Assembly (NCBI GenBank): GCA_963781885.1
Contig: CAWAHW010000002.1
Span: 1,024,001-1,088,000, forward strand
DNA: 64,000 nucleotides
Direction: 5' to 3'
Origin: an uncultured Spirochaetota bacterium
GTDB taxonomy: Bacteria; Spirochaetota; Spirochaetia; SZUA-6; Fen-1364
Positions 59,012-64,000 of the stretch are shown in pieces. Position numbers and translations under genes: made by a program. Each line of letters starts with the position of its first letter. Positions within the stretch are counted from its first letter, which is position 1. The notes below the pieces were generated by a model, which saw only the letters and a program-made list of their open reading frames with translations, ran no database searches and had not been told where the DNA came from.

Positions 59012-60336
59012 TCCAGAGTCTCCTGATCGCGAATCGCGGCGAGATCGCTCTCCGCGTCATCCGCACCTGCCGCGAAATGGGCATCCGTACGGTCGTGGCG
59101 CACTCCGTCGCGGACCGGGACTCCCTGCCGGTGCGGAGCGCGGACGCGAGCGTCTGCATCGGCCCCGCGCCGGCGCGCGACAGCTACCTGAACGTCCGCA
59201 ACCTCGTGACCGCGGGCGTCCTCTGCGGCTGTGACGCCGTGCATCCCGGTGTCGGGTTCCTGTCGGAAAACGCCGGCTTTGCCCGCGAGGTGCGCGACGC
59301 GGGGCTCATCTTCATCGGCCCCGACCCTGACGTCATCGACCTGCTGGGCGACAAGATCCGGGCGAAACGCTCGGCGATGGAGCTGGGCATCCCCGTGATC
59401 CCGGGAAGCGCCGGCTCCGTCGGCAATGTGAAGGAAGCGCGGGAGGCCGCAGACTCGCTTGGGTATCCGCTGATCGTGAAGGCGGCGGCGGGCGGCGGCG
59501 GCAAGGGCATGCGCATCGTCAGGAGCGATCGGGAGCTGTCCGACGTGCTCGCCGTGGCCTCGCAGGAAGCGATGAAGGCATTCGCGGACGGCACCGTGTA
59601 TCTGGAGAAGTACCTGGAGAATCCCCGGCACGTGGAGATCCAGATCGTGGCCGACAGGAAAGGCAATGTCGTGCACCTTGGAGAGCGGGACTGCACGGTC
59701 CAGCAGAACCACCAGAAGCTCATCGAGGAAAGCCCGTCCGTCGTCGTCACGCCGGACCTCCGCGCCCGCATGGGGGAGGATGCCGTGCGCCTGTTGCGCG
59801 TTCTGGGCTACACGGGGGCGGGGACGGTGGAGTTTCTCGTCGACGAGGGGAAGCACTATTTCATGGAGGTGAACGCCCGCGTGCAGGTGGAGCACCCGGT
59901 GTCCGAGGCGGTCACCGGCATCGACATCATACGGCAGCAGATCCTCGCGGCAAGCGACGAGGCGCTGGAGTTCCGCCAGGAGGACGTCACGCTCGGCGGC
60001 TACGCCGTGGAATGCCGCATCAATGCGCGCTCGGCGGGAAGGGTAACGCGATTCGAGAGCCCCGGCGGTTTCGGCGTCCGCATGGACACATTCCTCTACG
60101 CCGGTTACTTCGTCCCACCCTGGTACGACCACCTGGTGGCAAAGCTCATCTGCGTCGGCAGGACCCGTCCCGAGGGGTTGCGGCGCATGGAAAGGGCCCT
60201 GCGCGAGCTCACGATCGAGGGGATCGAGACGAACGTCGCGTCGCAACGAAAGATCGTGGCGCATCCGCGATTCCGCAAGGGCGTGTACGGGACGAGCCTC
60301 TTGGGCGAGCTTCTGAAGGAAGGGGCACTGCAATGA
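59008..60336 (+). CDS. accC: Biotin carboxylase
   Basis: LIANRGEIALR, HPGVGFLSEN, GGGGKGMR, MEVNARVQVEHPV. Confidence 0.95.
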   Translation: MIQSLLIANRGEIALRVIRTCREMGIRTVVAHSVADRDSLPVRSADASVCIGPAPARDSYLNVRNLVTAGVLCGCDAVHPGVGFLSENAGFAREVRDAGLIFIGPDPDVIDLLGDKIRAKRSAMELGIPVIPGSAGSVGNVKEAREAADSLGYPLIVKAAAGGGGKGMRIVRSDRELSDVLAVASQEAMKAFADGTVYLEKYLENPRHVEIQIVADRKGNVVHLGERDCTVQQNHQKLIEESPSVVVTPDLRARMGEDAVRLLRVLGYTGAGTVEFLVDEGKHYFMEVNARVQVEHPVSEAVTGIDIIRQQILAASDEALEFRQEDVTLGGYAVECRINARSAGRVTRFESPGGFGVRMDTFLYAGYFVPPWYDHLVAKLICVGRTRPEGLRRMERALRELTIEGIETNVASQRKIVAHPRFRKGVYGTSLLGELLKEGALQ

Positions 60337-61202
60337 AATCAAAGGGGATCCAGGGCTGGATCCGCGGCCGCATCGAGCATCCCGTGCGGAAGAAGCGCGA
60401 CGAGCGCCTCCTTATCGATGAGACGCATTCCTGCCCTTCCTGCCACCGGCACCTGTCGACGCAGGAGCTGGAGACGACACTGTACATCTGCCCGCACTGC
60501 CAGCATCACTTCCGGCTCACCGCGTGGGAGCGCATCCGTTTTACCGCGGATGAAGGGGTGTTCCAGGAGCTTTCCTCGGAGATCGAGACGGCGAATCCGC
60601 TGGAGTTTCCCGATTACGAGCAGAAGCTCGACGCGGCGTTCCGCAAGACCGGCATCAAGGAGGCGGTGGTCACCGGCCTTTGCAAGGTCGACGGCCACGA
60701 GGTGGTCCTGGCAATCATGGACTTCCGTTTCATCGGCGGGAGCATGGGCGCCGTCGTGGGGGAGAAGGTGATGCGGGCCATGCTCGTCGCCGCGGAGCAG
60801 AAGCTGCCGATGATCGTCTTCACGTCCTCCGGCGGCGCGCGCATGCAGGAGGGCATCCTTTCCCTGATGCAAATGGCGAAGACCGCCGTCGCGACGCAGG
60901 CGCTGGACAAGGCGCGCTGCCCTTATTTTGTCGTGCTCACGGATCCGACCACCGCGGGCGTTCTTGCCTCCTTCGCGATGCTGGGCGACGTCACCCTTGC
61001 CGAGCCGGGAGCGCTCATGCGCTTTGCCGGCGCGCGCGTGGTGGCAGGCACCATCCGGGAGAAGGTGCCCGAAAACTTCCCCCTGTCGCAGTATCACTAT
61101 GAGCGCGGCTTCATCGACCTGATCGTGCCGCGGCAGGACATGCGCGCGACGCTCGGTTTCCTCCTGCGGACGCACATACCGGCGGCAGGAGGCAAGGGAT
61201 GA
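60333..61202 (+). CDS. accD: Acetyl-CoA carboxylase carboxyltransferase beta
   Basis: CPSC..CPHC zinc finger, FIGGSMG.VVGEK, SGGARMQEG, PTTAGV. Confidence 0.95.
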   Translation: MKSKGIQGWIRGRIEHPVRKKRDERLLIDETHSCPSCHRHLSTQELETTLYICPHCQHHFRLTAWERIRFTADEGVFQELSSEIETANPLEFPDYEQKLDAAFRKTGIKEAVVTGLCKVDGHEVVLAIMDFRFIGGSMGAVVGEKVMRAMLVAAEQKLPMIVFTSSGGARMQEGILSLMQMAKTAVATQALDKARCPYFVVLTDPTTAGVLASFAMLGDVTLAEPGALMRFAGARVVAGTIREKVPENFPLSQYHYERGFIDLIVPRQDMRATLGFLLRTHIPAAGGKG

Positions 61203-62167
61203 GCGACCCGATCGTCCGCGAGAAGATCCTGGAGCTCAAGAGCATTGCGGAGAAGTCGCACATCGACATCTCCCGGGAGCTCGCGGAGCTGGAGATCAAG
61301 CTGAAAGGCACCCCCGTGCCGGAGAACGAGGCGTGGCGCAGGGTGGAGCTCGCACGGCACCCCGAGCGGCCCACGACCCTCCAGTACGCACAGGCGATAT
61401 TCGACGATTTCCTCGAGCTGCACGGGGACCGCAACTATGGCGATGACCCCGCGCTCGTGGGCGGTATTGCCGTTCTCAATGGCATGCCCGTCACGTTCTT
61501 CGGCCACCAGAAAGGCCAGAACATGAAGGACAACCTGATGCGTAACTTCGGCATGGCCCATCCCGAGGGATACCGCAAGGCGCTGCGTCTGGCCCGCCAG
61601 GCGGCGAAATTCGGCCGGCCCATCCTCACCTTCATCGACACCCCGGGCGCCTATCCGGGCGTGTCAGGGGAGGACCGGGGAATAAGCCAGGCGATCGCGC
61701 TCAACATGAAGGAGTTCTCGGTCCTGCCCGTGCCCATCATCGCGACGATACTCGGTGAGGGAGGATCGGGCGGCGCCATTGGCATCGGCGTGGCCGACAT
61801 CGTGCTCATGATGCAGAATGCCTACTATTCGGTGATCACGCCTGAAGGCTGCGCCTCCATCCTCCTGCGCGACTCTTCAAAGGCCCGCGAAGCGGCGGCG
61901 CTCCTGAAGCTCACGCCGCGCGATCTTCTTCGCTTCAGGGTCGTTGACAGGATCGTGGAAGAGCCCGCGCAGGGCGCGCACAAGGACCCGGCGGGCGCCG
62001 CGGCGGCGCTGAAAGCGGACATCCTCACGTCGCTGGCCGTGCTCTCCCGACGCAGCGTCGAGTCCCTGCTCGCGCAGCGGCACCAGAAATTCCTCAGCCT
62101 TGGGGTCTTCCACGAGGAGGAGGCGCGGCGCAGAAGCCTCCTGCAGAGATTGCGGGATTTCTTCTAG
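61199..62167 (+). CDS. accA: Acetyl-CoA carboxylase carboxyltransferase alpha
   Basis: ARHPERP, ELHGDR..GDD, PEGYRKA, DTPGAYPG, GEGGSGGA. Confidence 0.95.
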   Translation: MSDPIVREKILELKSIAEKSHIDISRELAELEIKLKGTPVPENEAWRRVELARHPERPTTLQYAQAIFDDFLELHGDRNYGDDPALVGGIAVLNGMPVTFFGHQKGQNMKDNLMRNFGMAHPEGYRKALRLARQAAKFGRPILTFIDTPGAYPGVSGEDRGISQAIALNMKEFSVLPVPIIATILGEGGSGGAIGIGVADIVLMMQNAYYSVITPEGCASILLRDSSKAREAAALLKLTPRDLLRFRVVDRIVEEPAQGAHKDPAGAAAALKADILTSLAVLSRRSVESLLAQRHQKFLSLGVFHEEEARRRSLLQRLRDFF

Positions 62168-62215
62168 AGCCGAACAATCGGCGCTCCCGGAGGGTCGCGG
62201 AAAGCCGCGACAGCC

Positions 62216-63412
62216 CTAGAGGATCCCTGCCTTTTTCCCCGCTTTGCCTGCGACATCCAGTATCTGGTCGCATTCCGCGTCCGTATGGATTGCCATGTAG
62301 GAGGTGCGGATGAGGGTGCCGTCGGGCGGAACGGCGGGGCTCAGGATGGGATTGGTGAACACGCCGCCGTCCATCAGGAGGCGCCAGAAGGCGAGCGTCT
62401 TGTCCATGTCGCCGATGAGAAGCGGCACGATGGGCGTTTCCGCCGTCCCGACATTGAAGCCAAGCGACTTGAAACCCGCGACCATCTTGCGGCCGATTGC
62501 CTGGAGACGCCGCACGCGCTCGGGCTCCTTCTCGATGATGTCCAGACATGCCCGGACGGATGCAATGGTCGCGGGAGGCATCGAAGCGCTGAACAGGAGC
62601 GGCCGGGCCATGTGCTTGATGTAGTCGATGACCTGGTCGTCGCCCGCGACGAAACCGCCCAACGCCCCGAATGACTTGGAGAACGTGCACATCACGACGT
62701 CGGCCCGGGCAACGCCGTGGTAATGCTCCTCCGTGCCGCGTCCCGTGTTGCCCAGGACGCCCAGGCCGTGCGCCTCATCGAGGTAGAGACGTGCCTTGTA
62801 CTGGTTGCACAGCTCCCGCAACCGGGGAAGCTTCACGATGTCCCCCTCCATGCTGAAGACGCCGTCCGTCACGACGAGCTTCGGGGCTTCCGCGTCGGTC
62901 TCGCCGAGAAACTTTTCCAGGCTTTCCATGTTGTTGTGCTGGTAGCGGTGGAGACGCACCTTGCCCCGCATCCCCGAGCTCAGGAAGATGCCATCCATGA
63001 TCGAGGCGTGATTGAGCTTGTCGGAGAAGATGTGCTCGTCCTTGCCGACAAGGGCCGAAATGGCCCCGAGATTCGTCTGGTAGCCGGTCGTGAAGCAGAG
63101 GGCCCTTTTGCGGCCGGTGAAGCGCGCAAGGCGTATTTCCAGCTCCTCGTGGAGCTGGAGGGTGCCGTTGAGGAACCGGGAGCCCGAGCAGCTCGTGCCC
63201 CATTTCCGCGTCGCTTCGATGGCAGCTTCCTTCACCCGGGGATCCCAGGAGAGGCCAAGGTAGTTGTTGGAGCCCGCCATGATGAGCTCTTTTCCTTCCA
63301 TGACCACCCGCGAGCCGCGGCTTTCCTGGATCGGGATGAAATAGGGATAGACACCGCGTTCGTGGGCTTCATCCCATGGCTGTTTTGTATAGCACTTCTC
63401 GAAAATGTCCAC
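62216..63412 (-). CDS. PLP alpha-oxoamine synthase, serine palmitoyltransferase-like
   Basis: GVYPYF, GSNNYLGL, GSRFLNGT, HASI, DGVFSMEGD, DEAH, TFSKS, FSASMPP. Confidence 0.75.
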   Translation of the reverse strand: MDIFEKCYTKQPWDEAHERGVYPYFIPIQESRGSRVVMEGKELIMAGSNNYLGLSWDPRVKEAAIEATRKWGTSCSGSRFLNGTLQLHEELEIRLARFTGRKRALCFTTGYQTNLGAISALVGKDEHIFSDKLNHASIMDGIFLSSGMRGKVRLHRYQHNNMESLEKFLGETDAEAPKLVVTDGVFSMEGDIVKLPRLRELCNQYKARLYLDEAHGLGVLGNTGRGTEEHYHGVARADVVMCTFSKSFGALGGFVAGDDQVIDYIKHMARPLLFSASMPPATIASVRACLDIIEKEPERVRRLQAIGRKMVAGFKSLGFNVGTAETPIVPLLIGDMDKTLAFWRLLMDGGVFTNPILSPAVPPDGTLIRTSYMAIHTDAECDQILDVAGKAGKKAGIL

Positions 63413-63500
63413 GCACGGGCCTCCTCGCCTTGGAAAATCGGCTATAGTGATACTATGCGGATGCCCGGCGTGTAAAGGCGGAGGAAAACGGCCTGGAAGC

Positions 63501-64000
63501 CTATTGTTTCAGGAGCTCGTCGAAAAGCGCCACGCGCAGGTCCCCGTCCCACTCCGGCCCGCCGACGCCGACAACCCGGGCAAGCAGCTTTCCGTTGCGG
63601 TCGATGATGTAGTTGGCGGGAATCCCGCCGGCCGCGTACATGTCGCTCGCGCTCACCTCGCCCGTCGTGTCCAGAAGCACGGGGAACGTGTAGCCGTATT
63701 GTTTGATGAAGGCGCTCACCTTTGACTTGTCCTCGGCCACATCGACGGCAACGATCTCCAGCCCTTTTGCCTTCATCTGGTTGTAGAGCTTTTCCATTGA
63801 AGGCATTTCGATCTTGCAGGGGCCGCACCATGTCGCCCAGAAGCTCAGGATGACCACTTTTCCCCTGAAAGAGGAAAGGCTCACGCTCTTTCCCTCAAGG
63901 GTTTCAAGCTTGAAGTCATCTGATGCGATATCCACGTTCGGAATGTCGAACCCGGCCTTTCGCAGGTCGTCCGTCAGGGTATTTGTGGAGGTGGACACGA
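63501..64000 (-). CDS. TlpA/ResA-like thiol-disulfide oxidoreductase (5' end outside window)
   Basis: GKVVILSFWATWCGPCKIEMP. Confidence 0.92.
   Translation of the reverse strand, partial: VSTSTNTLTDDLRKAGFDIPNVDIASDDFKLETLEGKSVSLSSFRGKVVILSFWATWCGPCKIEMPSMEKLYNQMKAKGLEIVAVDVAEDKSKVSAFIKQYGYTFPVLLDTTGEVSASDMYAAGGIPANYIIDRNGKLLARVVGVGGPEWDGDLRVALFDELLKQ

Overview
GC-rich bacterial chromosome segment, very probably from a free-living Spirochaetia member (two flaA sheath genes, Treponema-like FliG, Borrelia-like flgF-flgG-flgI-flgJ-rpoS-tsaD gene order). In order, it carries: the end of a sugar ABC operon; tRNA-Leu; a LysM/M23 protein plus sigma factor; an amidohydrolase/cNMP-TPR/Crp cluster; a liv ABC operon; tRNA-Thr; flagellar rod/P-ring genes followed by a sigma54-promoted RpoS-like sigma; tsaD; apt; hypFCDE; upp; fba; two flaA; bactofilin with a cNMP histidine kinase; tRNA-Gln and tRNA-Glu; an AT-richer block (LamG, secreted caspase-like, BspA-LRR, TetR); an orphan fliG; an attenuated ilvD-ilvB-ilvN-leuACD-cimA operon; HDOD, HD-GYP and MCP signalling genes; fabZ-accBCDA; a serine-palmitoyltransferase-like enzyme; and a partial TlpA. 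The most unusual signal is an uncalled 50-codon ORF that resembles only the FliG-binding C-terminus of FliF, sitting between a TetR gene and an out-of-context fliG. About six single-base frameshifts in housekeeping genes are most likely long-read indel errors. All calls come from reading motifs by eye; no database searches were run.
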